A stretch of 64,000 nucleotides of DNA, from the NCBI GenBank assembly GCA_041158525.1, contig JBEBBE010000024.1, positions 986-64,985 of the forward strand, given 5' to 3'. The notes below the pieces were generated by a model, which was not told where the DNA came from, ran no database searches, and was given only the letters and a program-made list of their open reading frames with translations. Source of the DNA: Bacteroidota bacterium. Its GTDB lineage: Bacteria; Bacteroidota; Bacteroidia; Flavobacteriales_D; Crocinitomicaceae. A program made the translations under genes and the position numbers. Positions 37,315-46,771 of the stretch are shown piece by piece. The stretch's first letter is position 1. Every line of letters begins with the position of its first letter.

Positions 37315-38136
37315 ATGAGTGGTAATGGTGGATTTTTTGCATCACGCAAGTACAAATTAATTACAAAGTACGTAACAGGTTACGGAGCATCAGTAGTAAT
37401 CTTGGGTGCATTATTTAAAATCATGCACTGGCCAGGTGCTGACCAAATGCTTATCGTTGGTCTAATCACAGAAGCTGCGATCTTTGCCTTTATTGCAATG
37501 GAACCGCTTCACGAAGAAGTTGACTGGACACGTGTATTCCCAGAATTAGGAGTTGACGAAAACAATGACGAAAACCGTTTATTACCGCTTTTGAAAAAAG
37601 GTGGAATGGGCGGCGGCGGTGCTGCTGACCAATTGGCTAAAGAATTGGACAAAGCAGGTATCGATTCAGCGCTTTTAGCTAAATTGAAAGATGGCATGTC
37701 TAACCTCGCAGACAACGCGAAGTCATTAGGAGCTATTTCAACAGCTGCAGGTGCTACTGACTCTTATGTTAAGAGCTTAGAAACTGCATCAGAAGGTTTG
37801 AGCAAATTGACTGAACAATATGCTGCTTCAGCTTCAGCTATCGCTGGTATCGCTGGTGATGGTCAAGGTAACTTTGGTGCTGAAATGCAAAAATTGGGTC
37901 AAAACCTAGGAGCACTTAATAATGTATACGAGCTTCAATTGAAATCTTCGCAAGATTACCTAGAGAGCATGACTCAAATGAGTGGTCTTCAAGAAAACAT
38001 CAAAAACATCATGGCAGATTTAGCTGCTTCTGCAAAAGATACGGCTTCTTACCGCGAAAACATGGCTATGTTGTCTCAAAACTTAACTGATTTGAACAAC
38101 GTATATGGTAACATGTTGCGTGCGATGAGAGGTTAA
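37315..38136 (+). CDS. gldL: T9SS/gliding motor protein GldL (PorL)
   Basis: Two N-terminal TM helices (GASVVILGALFKIMHWPG, IVGLITEAAIFAFIAMEP) and a helical cytoplasmic C-terminal domain. It sits between gldK and gldM. Confidence 0.9.
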   Translation: MSGNGGFFASRKYKLITKYVTGYGASVVILGALFKIMHWPGADQMLIVGLITEAAIFAFIAMEPLHEEVDWTRVFPELGVDENNDENRLLPLLKKGGMGGGGAADQLAKELDKAGIDSALLAKLKDGMSNLADNAKSLGAISTAAGATDSYVKSLETASEGLSKLTEQYAASASAIAGIAGDGQGNFGAEMQKLGQNLGALNNVYELQLKSSQDYLESMTQMSGLQENIKNIMADLAASAKDTASYRENMAMLSQNLTDLNNVYGNMLRAMRG

Positions 38137-38190
38137 TCCCTTTCTTTAATGATATTATTTATTAATTACACATTTTAAAAGTTAAAGAAA

Positions 38191-39948
38191 ATGGCAGGTG
38201 GTAAGGAAACCCCAAGACAGAAGATGATCGGTCTCATGTACTTGGTATTGACTGCGCTTCTTGCGTTGAACGTATCAAAACAAATCCTCGATGCATTCGT
38301 GGCAATTGAAGATAACATTCAACGTGGAAGTATTACACAATACGATCGTGGTGAGACCGCAAAAGGAACGTTAATTGAAGAATTATCTTCAGTTACTAAA
38401 GACGAAGCGGGTAGAGCTAAAGCAGCCAAGATTAAAAAATATCTTGGCATGATCGAGAAAATCGACAAGAATGTTGCCGAATTCATTAAATACGTAGATG
38501 ACCTTAAACTTGAGTTAATTGAAAAAGTAGAAGGCCCAGAAAGCGTAAAGGTTGCAAAGCCAAACGATAAAGAGAGCATTCTTTGGAAAAAATACGATCC
38601 ACAAACGCCTTTGCTTCCTACGCGTTTGTACCTTCAAGCAATTCAACAAAAAGACAACTTCGATGTGCCTATGCACGAAATCGTAGGTTCTGAAATCTCT
38701 AAAGTTGACCCAACTAAAAAAGGTCAAAAACTTTGGGATCTTTACAACGGTCTTCGTAAGTCAATTGTAGAAACTGCAGGTACTTACAAAGAAGGAGAGA
38801 AGAACTCTTGGAAAGTTAAAGTCAAAGACATCAATGACTACAAAGACTTCCAAGATCTTTCTAAGCAAATTGAAAAAATGATTAAAGGTGGAGGAAACAA
38901 AGTGAACCCAGAAGATATGGAAGCACTTCTTTCTATTTACCAAGAATTAACCAAACAAGAATTTGCTGATCACCACGAAGCAAAAAATATTCATTGGTTA
39001 GGTAGAACTTTTGACCACGCTCCTTTAGTAGGTGCTTTGGCTTCTTTGAGTTCACTTCAGAATGAAATTTTAAGTGCACGTGCAAAAGCAGTAAACTTAT
39101 TGAAATCAAAAGTTACAACTGGTGAGTTCTCTTTCAATAAAATTCAACAGTTAGTAAGCGGCCCAGGTGTCGCGACATCAGGAGAAGAAGTTGAGTTGCT
39201 TGTAACAATGGCTGCCTATGACTCTGATAAAAACCCTGTGGTTACCGCTAACACTGGTTCAGTTGAAGTGAAAGATGGTATTGGCCGCATCAAATTAAAA
39301 GCGGGTGCAACCGACATGACTGTTAATGGTTCTGTTACCATCACCAATAAATCTGGTGTTCCTTACAAAAGAGACTGGGAATGGAAAGTTGCGGTTGTAA
39401 AAGCACAAGGATCTATTTCTTTACCTGAAATGGCTGTACTTTACAGAGGTTACGACAACAAAGTTGTTCCTGTTGTAGCAGGTGCAGTATCTTCTTCTAT
39501 CTCTGTTGCTGGTGGTTCATCAAGAGCAGCTTCTTGGAGCGAAGACGGAATGAGCTACAAAGGTTACATTGTAACTCCAGGAGCCGGAAATTCAGTATCG
39601 ATTACACTTACCGGTAAAGATAAAGATGGTAAGTCGAAGTCATACGGAACATTCAAGTATAAAGTTAAATCGTTCCCTAAACCAGAAATCTTAGATCCTA
39701 CGATCAAAAAGAGTTCCGGAGCTCGTGTAACACTTATTTTGAAGGATAGTCCACTAAAAGCGAACTTCAATGTGCTTGGTGGTGAAATCACAATTGGTAA
39801 TGAAACTCCTGTTCCATTCTCTGGTGGTGTGATTCCTGCAAGTGCAGTTGCAAAGGCTAAAGCTGGTGCAAAAGTTGCAGCAGTAATTAGATACAATGGT
39901 ACAGGTGGACCAAACACGATGTTAACTGTACTTACAGTTAAGCCATAA
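38191..39948 (+). CDS. gldM: T9SS/gliding protein GldM (PorM)
   Basis: Hallmark N-terminus MAGGKETPRQKMIGLMYLVLTALLALNVSKQILDAF and a long periplasmic region. Confidence 0.92.
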   Translation: MAGGKETPRQKMIGLMYLVLTALLALNVSKQILDAFVAIEDNIQRGSITQYDRGETAKGTLIEELSSVTKDEAGRAKAAKIKKYLGMIEKIDKNVAEFIKYVDDLKLELIEKVEGPESVKVAKPNDKESILWKKYDPQTPLLPTRLYLQAIQQKDNFDVPMHEIVGSEISKVDPTKKGQKLWDLYNGLRKSIVETAGTYKEGEKNSWKVKVKDINDYKDFQDLSKQIEKMIKGGGNKVNPEDMEALLSIYQELTKQEFADHHEAKNIHWLGRTFDHAPLVGALASLSSLQNEILSARAKAVNLLKSKVTTGEFSFNKIQQLVSGPGVATSGEEVELLVTMAAYDSDKNPVVTANTGSVEVKDGIGRIKLKAGATDMTVNGSVTITNKSGVPYKRDWEWKVAVVKAQGSISLPEMAVLYRGYDNKVVPVVAGAVSSSISVAGGSSRAASWSEDGMSYKGYIVTPGAGNSVSITLTGKDKDGKSKSYGTFKYKVKSFPKPEILDPTIKKSSGARVTLILKDSPLKANFNVLGGEITIGNETPVPFSGGVIPASAVAKAKAGAKVAAVIRYNGTGGPNTMLTVLTVKP

Positions 39949-39962
39949 TTAAATTAACGACA

Positions 39963-41228
39963 ATGAAATATATTGCTGTTCTTCTCACGTCTGCATTAGC
40001 TTTAACAAGCTACGCTCAAGATCGTCCACAACGAGGACCTTACAATACTCGTCCGGGCGGAGTAATTGACGGTGTTGCCCTCCAAGATGAGGTGCCTGTC
40101 CGTTCAAAGGTTGAGTACGAATACGTTCGTGCCAGCGATGTAGCGTGGCAAAAACGAGTTTTTTCTCGTATTGATGCGCGTGAAATCATGAACCATGATA
40201 TATTTCTTCCATACGATTGGTTTGATTATTCAGAACTTGAAGGCTCAACTTACAAACCAAAGTCAGCAGCTGAGATCGATGACCAAACTTGGTTAAAAGA
40301 TGACAAGCGTTGGTCACTCTGGACTGTCATTCAAAGACACATCATGTTAGGTGATTTGACTGTGTATCGTGTAAACAGCCCTGATTTTAAAACAGGTGAC
40401 GAAGATGGCTATTCCTTAAAATATCCTATCTCACGTACTGGTCAAAATGACTATTTTGAATCAAAATCATACAAGGACCAAGTAAACGCAGTAATGACTT
40501 GTCAAGGTAACGGTGAAATCGTAACTATTGCACGTCCTATTTCTGAAGATACTTGGATGGTAGAAAGAACCAAACAAACCCTAGATGAATTCCTTGATTC
40601 ACTTGATGCAAGAAATCCAAGTTCAGATTACGAAGAATTGGGTCGCCGTGATTTCAATGAATTGAAAAGACTTTGGGATCAAACTGAAGTTGGTGCTATG
40701 GTAAGAAATGACAGAATTACCATGTATTTGAATTCAAGTAACATTGTTGCTTACCACATCAAAGAAGATTGGTATTTTGACAAAGAGCGTTCTGTCTTGG
40801 ACAAGCGTATTATCGCCATTGCACCAGTTGCACGTTATTCTGAAGCTACGCCTCCAGGACCAGGTGAACTTAGCACAAGAGGTGAGTTGTTGTTCTTTAA
40901 CGAAAAAGGCACACCGCTAGTTCTTGGAAACGGTGGTTTTCAGACCTATGACAAAAATGTTGTAGAATTAGAAATGTTCTGGCTCTACTTCGACGAATTG
41001 CGCAATGTACTCGTGAACTACTATGTTTACAACGACAAAAACGATGCACAATGGATGTCTTTTGACGATTTATTTTGGAAGCGCAAGTTTTCATCAACGA
41101 TCTATAAGGTATCTGACAAATTTGATCGTGAAATCGAAGATTACAAATTTGGTGTAGAAGCACTATATGAGTCTGAGAAAGTAAAAGAAAGCATCCGTAA
41201 CTGGGAGCACGATCTTTGGAACTACTAA
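39963..41228 (+). CDS. gldN: T9SS/gliding protein GldN (PorN)
   Basis: Signal peptide, and the conserved segment VRASDVAWQKRVFSRIDAREIMN. It is the last gene of the gldKLMN block. Confidence 0.88.
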   Translation: MKYIAVLLTSALALTSYAQDRPQRGPYNTRPGGVIDGVALQDEVPVRSKVEYEYVRASDVAWQKRVFSRIDAREIMNHDIFLPYDWFDYSELEGSTYKPKSAAEIDDQTWLKDDKRWSLWTVIQRHIMLGDLTVYRVNSPDFKTGDEDGYSLKYPISRTGQNDYFESKSYKDQVNAVMTCQGNGEIVTIARPISEDTWMVERTKQTLDEFLDSLDARNPSSDYEELGRRDFNELKRLWDQTEVGAMVRNDRITMYLNSSNIVAYHIKEDWYFDKERSVLDKRIIAIAPVARYSEATPPGPGELSTRGELLFFNEKGTPLVLGNGGFQTYDKNVVELEMFWLYFDELRNVLVNYYVYNDKNDAQWMSFDDLFWKRKFSSTIYKVSDKFDREIEDYKFGVEALYESEKVKESIRNWEHDLWNY

Positions 41229-41254
41229 GATGTTCATAAGAATTATTGAAAATG

Positions 41255-41283
41255 AAAGCCTCGCTGAAAAGCGGGGCTTTTTT
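41255..41283 (+). terminator. Rho-independent terminator ending the porP-gldKLMN operon
   Basis: AAAGCCTCGC-TGAAAA-GCGGGGCTTT (one G-U pair) running into a T-rich tail, 27 nt after the gldN stop. Confidence 0.7.
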
Positions 41284-41287
41284 CATT

Positions 41288-41295
41288 TATTTTTG
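41288..41295 (+). promoter_or_regulatory. Candidate -7 box (TATTTTTG) 4 nt upstream of a GTG start (predicted leaderless)
   Basis: TAnnTTTG directly after the gldN terminator, with an in-frame GTG at 41300. Confidence 0.35.
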
Positions 41296-41299
41296 TATT

Positions 41300-41845
41300 G
41301 TGAAATGGATAGGAAATCGGATCAGTTTTATCGACCAAAAAGATAAAACGACAATTGTCATAGACCCTTCAAAAAATGCTTGGATTTCAGCCATCATGGG
41401 TGCTTGGTTGGGCATGTGGTATGCCATAGGCGGCACCGTGATTTGGGCCTTAAACGTCATGACTCTAAAGAATCAAGAGCAATTGATTCTTTGGATATTT
41501 TTGGTTTTTTGGCTTTATTATGCATGGCGTGTTACCATGAGTTTTCTATGGAATTTAAGGGGGCAAGAGTATATCAAAATAGATCAAGAAGCCTTTTATT
41601 TAAAGAAATCTTTAAGGCATATTGGTAAAACACACCAATACTTTTTTGAAAACATCAAGAATTTCAAATACGAATTACCTAAACAAGGCGGTTTCCAAGA
41701 TATCTGGGAAAGTTCTCCTTGGATTAACGGCGGAGAGCGTTTTGAATTCGATTACTTCAATCAAAAAATTAGATTTGGTCGCAAACTCACAGAGACTGAA
41801 GCCAAGTTATTATATCAATTACTCAACAAGAAAATCAAATCCTAA
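41300..41845 (+). CDS. Hypothetical membrane protein, translationally coupled to kbl
   Basis: Two hydrophobic helices ([39 protein letters not shown]). The ORF-track start at 41246 lies inside the gldN terminator, so I prefer the GTG at 41300, though the start remains uncertain. The stop overlaps the kbl ATG (TAATG). Confidence 0.5.
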   Translation: MKWIGNRISFIDQKDKTTIVIDPSKNAWISAIMGAWLGMWYAIGGTVIWALNVMTLKNQEQLILWIFLVFWLYYAWRVTMSFLWNLRGQEYIKIDQEAFYLKKSLRHIGKTHQYFFENIKNFKYELPKQGGFQDIWESSPWINGGERFEFDYFNQKIRFGRKLTETEAKLLYQLLNKKIKS

Positions 41846-43035
41846 TGTACGGTTCAATCAAACAATATTTAGCGGAAGAGCTTGCTCAAATAGAGAACAA
41901 TGGTTTGCTCAAAAGAGAGCGCATCATCACAACGCCGCAAGGTGCCAATGTCCATGTGAGTACAGGAGAAGATGTTGTCATAATGTGCGCAAATAATTAT
42001 CTAGGTCTTTCTTCACACCCAGATGTTGTCGAAGCAGCAAAACAAGCGCTAGATACACACGGCTATGGGATGTCTTCAGTGCGTTTTATTTGTGGCACTC
42101 AAGATATCCATAAAGAACTAGAGCGTAAGATCGCAGCGTTTTATGGAACAGAGGATACCATTTTGTATGCGGCCGCCTTTGACGCTAATGGCGGTGTGTT
42201 TGAACCTTTATTTAGTGAACAAGATGCAATCATTTCAGATGAATTGAATCACGCCTCAATTATTGATGGTGTTCGTTTGTGTAAAGCGGCACGTTATCGC
42301 TACAAGCACTCAGATATGGCAGATCTTGAAAAGCAACTTCAAGATGCACAGGCACAGCGTTTTCGTATTATCGTTACCGATGGTGTCTTTTCTATGGATG
42401 GCGACTTAGCCAAGATGGATGAAATCTGCGCTTTAGCAGAAAAATATGACGCATTAGTCATGACCGATGAATGTCATTCTGCTGGTTTTATTGGTAAAAC
42501 CGGCCGAGGAGTCCCCGAGCATTTTGGCGTCATGGATAAAGTTGATATCATTACCGGGACACTTGGTAAAGCCTTGGGCGGAGCAATGGGTGGATATACG
42601 ACCGGCAAGAAGGAAATCATTGAGATGTTGCGTCAAAGATCAAGACCCTATTTATTTTCGAATTCACTAGCTCCAGCAATCGTCGGCGCATCAATTAAGG
42701 TATTTGATGTATTGAGTTCAACAACTGAACTTAGAGATCAACTAGAGGCCAATACGGCTTATTTTAAAGAACGCATCAAAGCTGCAGGTTTTGATATCAA
42801 ACCCGGAGATTCTCCTATTGTACCCATCATGTTGTACGATGCAGCGCTTTCTCAAGAGTTTGCCAATCGTTTGCTTAAAGAAGGTGTTTATGCCATAGGG
42901 TTCTTTTATCCGGTTGTTGCCAAAGGTCAAGCCCGAATCCGCACCCAAATTTCAGCTGCTCATTCAAAAGCAGATCTCGACAAAGCAATTGCAGCCTTCA
43001 TTAAAGTCGGTAAAGAATTAAAAGTGATCGACTAA
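41845..43035 (+). CDS. kbl: Glycine C-acetyltransferase (2-amino-3-ketobutyrate CoA ligase)
   Basis: Close to collinear with E. coli Kbl as I recall it: [95 protein letters not shown]. Confidence 0.95.
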   Translation: MYGSIKQYLAEELAQIENNGLLKRERIITTPQGANVHVSTGEDVVIMCANNYLGLSSHPDVVEAAKQALDTHGYGMSSVRFICGTQDIHKELERKIAAFYGTEDTILYAAAFDANGGVFEPLFSEQDAIISDELNHASIIDGVRLCKAARYRYKHSDMADLEKQLQDAQAQRFRIIVTDGVFSMDGDLAKMDEICALAEKYDALVMTDECHSAGFIGKTGRGVPEHFGVMDKVDIITGTLGKALGGAMGGYTTGKKEIIEMLRQRSRPYLFSNSLAPAIVGASIKVFDVLSSTTELRDQLEANTAYFKERIKAAGFDIKPGDSPIVPIMLYDAALSQEFANRLLKEGVYAIGFFYPVVAKGQARIRTQISAAHSKADLDKAIAAFIKVGKELKVID

Positions 43036-43068
43036 GCTGCGGTTTTACAGGAGCACATAAAGTTTTCT

Positions 43069-43076
43069 TATATTTG
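43069..43076 (+). promoter_or_regulatory. Candidate -7 box (TATATTTG) 4 nt upstream of a start codon (predicted leaderless)
   Basis: TAnnTTTG followed by TTAT and then the ATG at 43081. Confidence 0.4.
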
Positions 43077-43080
43077 TTAT

Positions 43081-43392
43081 ATGCCAAATTTAAGAAGGCT
43101 TTTTGGGTTGTTTTTACTTTGCCTGTTTTTAGCGAAAACAAGTGCCATGTCGGTTTTTGCCTCGGTTCAAAAACTTGACGCCATTCAATTGTTGGCTACA
43201 GGATTTGAAGATAGCGAGGAGGAATCTGATACGGATTTTGAAGATGTGACAGATGAATATATATCAGATTTACAAGCATTTAGACTCACTCATTCCCTCC
43301 CTATTCGTTGTTTGTATTTAGCAACAATTTATAAATTGAACGCTTACCCATCTGAGTATTTAGAGAAGGCCCTACGGCCTCCATGTAATTGA
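43081..43392 (+). CDS. Hypothetical small secreted acidic protein
   Basis: Signal-like N-terminus (LFGLFLLCLFLAKTSAMS) and an acidic stretch (EDSEEESDTDFEDVTDEY). I recognised no family. Confidence 0.5.
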   Translation: MPNLRRLFGLFLLCLFLAKTSAMSVFASVQKLDAIQLLATGFEDSEEESDTDFEDVTDEYISDLQAFRLTHSLPIRCLYLATIYKLNAYPSEYLEKALRPPCN

Positions 43393-43429
43393 CTTTATAT
43401 TTTCAATACTCATCTTTAATACTTAATTC

Positions 43430-44959
43430 ATGTTCAATTTTTTTAAAACATTCAAGCAGGATTTACCTGCGGGACTTGTTGTATTTTTAGTAGCCTTACC
43501 TCTTTGCCTTGGTATAGGTTTGGCCTCAACTTCCGTACTTGGCATCAGTGGTTTACCAAATGTACTTAGTGGTATCATTGCCGGAATTGTTGGTGGTGTA
43601 GTGGTTGCTATTTTTTCCGATTCGAAACTTGGTGTCAGTGGGCCAGCAGCTGGGCTAATTACCATAGTTCTTGGTGCTATTCAATCTTTGGGAACTTTTG
43701 AAGCCTTCTTACTAGCACTAGTTCTTTCTGGTTTAATCCAAATTATTTTGGGATTTATTCGTTTTGGCATACTTGCTAATTATGTTCCAACAGCTGTAAT
43801 CAAGGGCATGTTGGCAGCAATTGGAATAACACTTATTTTGAAGGAAATCCCGCATTTACTAGGTTATGATAAAGATTTTTTTGGTGATGAATCTTTCTGG
43901 CAATTTGATGGGCACAATACATTTTCTGAACTTTTTTATGCCCTCAATGCTTTTGAACTCGGCGCGGTGTTTATAGGATTTCTTTCCATATTTATTTTAG
44001 TTGTTTTTGACATGAAGTTTATGAAAAAGCAACAGTGGACCACCTATCTGCCTGGGGCCTTGGTTGTTGTATTAGTTGGGATCTTTCTAAATTCAGTATT
44101 GCTCAATAACATTCAACTAAGTGGAAAACACATGGTTCAATTACCTGCCATTCATTCTTTTTCTGAACTCCTTTCCATTTTTAATGCTCCTGATTTCAAT
44201 TTGATTGCTGCCCCAAAAATATGGACGGTAGCCTTTACAATTGCCATCGTAGGAAGCTTAGAAACGCTACTGAGCGTTGAAGCAACAGATAAGTTAGATC
44301 CAGCGAAGCAGAAAACGGACCCGAATAGAGAGCTCAAAGCTCAAGGAATTGGGAACTTTGTTAGTGGCCTTGTTGGTGGCTTACCAGTAACGCAGGTCAT
44401 TGTCAGAAGCTCGGCAAATATTGCAGCAGGCGGTCAATCTAAGTTAGCGGCTATCTTTCATGGGCTGCTTTTAGCTATAGCAGTGATTTTTCTGGGCCCG
44501 ATCTTGAATTTAATCCCTTTAGCGGCGTTGGCGGCAATTCTCATTTTAGTTGGTTACAAACTAGCTAAGTGGTCATTATTTGTAGAGATGTATCAAAAGG
44601 GACTTGCTCAGTTTATCCCGTTTATGGCTACCATTCTTGGCGTTCTCTTCACAGATTTACTCAAGGGAATTGCCATAGGAATTGTAATTGCTGTTTTCTA
44701 TGTACTCAAAAGAAATTATCAGAATCATTTTACGCTAGAACACACCGAACAGCAAATGCGGATGATACTTTCCGAAGAGGTCACTTTCTTGAATAAAGGT
44801 GGTATTTTGGAAGCAATCCATAAAGCAAAAGGCAAAAAGATAATTATCGACGCGAGCCGAACTAAAAGTATCGACCTCGATGTCCTAGAAGCTCTACACG
44901 AACTTAAACTTAATGCTGAACTCGCTGGTCAGCACCAAATTCAATTTATCAATTTATAA
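43430..44959 (+). CDS. SulP-family inorganic anion transporter with a C-terminal STAS domain
   Basis: N-terminus MFNFFKTFKQDLPAGLVVFLVALPLCLGIGLAS, a multi-TM core, and a C-terminal STAS-like region. Confidence 0.88.
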   Translation: MFNFFKTFKQDLPAGLVVFLVALPLCLGIGLASTSVLGISGLPNVLSGIIAGIVGGVVVAIFSDSKLGVSGPAAGLITIVLGAIQSLGTFEAFLLALVLSGLIQIILGFIRFGILANYVPTAVIKGMLAAIGITLILKEIPHLLGYDKDFFGDESFWQFDGHNTFSELFYALNAFELGAVFIGFLSIFILVVFDMKFMKKQQWTTYLPGALVVVLVGIFLNSVLLNNIQLSGKHMVQLPAIHSFSELLSIFNAPDFNLIAAPKIWTVAFTIAIVGSLETLLSVEATDKLDPAKQKTDPNRELKAQGIGNFVSGLVGGLPVTQVIVRSSANIAAGGQSKLAAIFHGLLLAIAVIFLGPILNLIPLAALAAILILVGYKLAKWSLFVEMYQKGLAQFIPFMATILGVLFTDLLKGIAIGIVIAVFYVLKRNYQNHFTLEHTEQQMRMILSEEVTFLNKGGILEAIHKAKGKKIIIDASRTKSIDLDVLEALHELKLNAELAGQHQIQFINL

Positions 44960-45594
44960 TGGAAGCATTTTACAAGCAATTACTCGATAATAATAAAAAA
45001 TGGGTCGCTAGTAAACTAGAGAAAGATCCTGAATATTTCACCAAACTATCTTCAGGGCAAAAACCTCCGGTTTTATGGATTGGCTGTGCCGACAGTAGGG
45101 TGCCTGCCAATGAAATCATCGGAGCAGAGCCAGGTGAGGTATTTGTGCATAGAAATATTGCCAATATGGTGGTGCACTCAGATATGAATATGTTATCAGT
45201 GCTCGACTATGCGGTCAATGTTTTGCAGGTCAAACACATCATTGTTTGTGGCCATTATGGTTGTGGCGGCGTACAAACAGCCATGACCAACAAACACGTT
45301 GGCCTCATCGATAACTGGATTCGACACATTAAAGATGTCTATCGCTTTCATCATGAAGAACTCGATGCTATAACTGATGAGCAACAGCGCTTCAATCGCT
45401 TCGTTGAACTCAATGTTTTTGAGCAAGTACTTGACCTCGGAAAAACATCTATTGTACAATCAGCGTGGGAACGCGGGCAGCATGTACACGTGCATGGTTG
45501 GGTGTATGACATCCATGATGGCATGATCAAAGATTTGGAGGTAACACTCAAAGACAACGACACGCTCTGCGACGTATATAAACTGGATTTGTAG
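44959..45594 (+). CDS. Beta-class carbonic anhydrase
   Basis: Zinc and active-site motifs CADSRVP, FVHRNIAN, VCGHYGCGG. The ATG overlaps the sulP stop (TAATG). Confidence 0.92.
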   Translation: MEAFYKQLLDNNKKWVASKLEKDPEYFTKLSSGQKPPVLWIGCADSRVPANEIIGAEPGEVFVHRNIANMVVHSDMNMLSVLDYAVNVLQVKHIIVCGHYGCGGVQTAMTNKHVGLIDNWIRHIKDVYRFHHEELDAITDEQQRFNRFVELNVFEQVLDLGKTSIVQSAWERGQHVHVHGWVYDIHDGMIKDLEVTLKDNDTLCDVYKLDL

Positions 45595-45666
45595 TGGTCT
45601 CGCCAGGAATCGAACCTGGATCAAACGTTTAGGAAACGCTTATTCTATCCGTTGAACTACGAAACC
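45595..45666 (-). tRNA. tRNA-Arg (anticodon CCU)
   Basis: A cloverleaf folded by hand: acceptor GGTTTCG/CGAGACC, D stem GTTC/GAAT, anticodon stem AGCGT/ACGTT with loop TTCCTAA, and T arm CCAGG-TTCGATT-CCTGG. 72 nt; CCA is not encoded. Confidence 0.9.
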
Positions 45667-46769
45667 AAGTTTTCTATTTCTTGCCAAAGTTGAACTGCGG
45701 CATGATCCCAATCAAAGGCTTTGACACGTTCAAGGCCTTTATGCATTAATGCGGTTTGCAAAGCTACGTCATTTTTTAGTTGCTGCATGCCTTGTGCAAT
45801 GTCATCGGTGTTATAGGGGTCAACGTACAAAGCAGCATCCGCAGCAATTTCGGGCAAGCAACTTTGATTACCCGCTAAGATTGGAGTTTCAGTGGCCATG
45901 GCTTCAGCAAGTGGCATGCCGAATCCTTCGAAATAAGGGATATATACAAATGCGGTAGCACAAGCCATAATTTGCGCCAATTTATCTGTTTCAATATGCC
46001 CTAAAAAATGGATGCGATTTTTATACTGCTCTTGTATTTGAAATTTTTGTGCGTCCCACATCGCTGAACCTACAATTACTAAATCTGTAGCAGTATCGCT
46101 ATTTGCAAAAACCTGAAATGCAGCTAAAAGCCGTTTAATATTTTTACGAGGATGTAAAGAACCCACAAACAAAAAATAGCTTTGCGGTAGTTTCAAATGA
46201 GCGATTGTCTCAATTTTTTGTGTGGTGTTCAGTGCTTGATAGGCAGGATTCACGCCATTATAAATCACAGCTATTTTTGCGTCTTCAATTTTGTAACAGG
46301 CCTTGATGTCGTCTTTGGTTGTTTGAGAGACGGTTACAATTTTTGTGGCCTGACGCGCAAATTTTGGAAAAAAGTAACGATAGTATTTCGACACAACCCA
46401 AGGTAGGTCTTTTGGGAAGTGCTCAAAGTTCAAGTCATGTACGCTAGCCAAAGTTGGTATTTTCAGGCCTAAAGGCAACATGCCGTCGGGTGACCAAAAT
46501 AAATCGACCTGATCTTTTTTCAAGTTCCTTTTTAAAGAAAATTGAAACCACCAAATATATAGCAGTGGATGTCTGGTCGGTGGAAATACACTTCGACAAA
46601 CTGTATTGCTCGGAAAAGAAAACTGCTCAGAAACAGGTCTGTCAAAATAAAGATAAAAGGTATGCTCCGGATGACTTTTGCAAATACGTGTTACCAATTC
46701 AAGCGTATAATTTCCAAAACCTTCCATTTTGGAACCCAACAGAGACCTTGTATTGATTCCGATGCGCAT
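45657..46769 (-). CDS. Glycosyltransferase family 4 (GT-B fold)
   Basis: MRIGINTRSL N-terminus, and the C-terminal EGFGMPLAEAMATETPIL motif typical of GT4/Glycos_transf_1. I chose the ATG at 46769, immediately after the upstream stop. The stop codon lies inside the tRNA. Confidence 0.85.
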   Translation of the reverse strand: MRIGINTRSLLGSKMEGFGNYTLELVTRICKSHPEHTFYLYFDRPVSEQFSFPSNTVCRSVFPPTRHPLLYIWWFQFSLKRNLKKDQVDLFWSPDGMLPLGLKIPTLASVHDLNFEHFPKDLPWVVSKYYRYFFPKFARQATKIVTVSQTTKDDIKACYKIEDAKIAVIYNGVNPAYQALNTTQKIETIAHLKLPQSYFLFVGSLHPRKNIKRLLAAFQVFANSDTATDLVIVGSAMWDAQKFQIQEQYKNRIHFLGHIETDKLAQIMACATAFVYIPYFEGFGMPLAEAMATETPILAGNQSCLPEIAADAALYVDPYNTDDIAQGMQQLKNDVALQTALMHKGLERVKAFDWDHAAVQLWQEIENLVS

Positions 46770-46771
46770 CC

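Noticed and set aside
39544-39568. Minus-strand TGTAAC-N15-CGTC inside gldM
   Set aside because: The spacer is one base short, and the site lies antisense within a coding region with no downstream ORF. It is kept only as a control for the specificity of the N16 hits.
40897-41286. 129-aa minus-strand ORF overlapping the gldN 3' end and its terminator
   Set aside because: It is antisense to a well-supported gene, has a Cys/Arg/His-rich composition that looks like nonsense, and its start falls within the terminator hairpin.
46292-46313. TGTAAC-N12-CGTC inside the glycosyltransferase gene (antisense strand)
   Set aside because: The spacer length is wrong for an ECF promoter, the site is inside coding sequence, and it points at no gene start.
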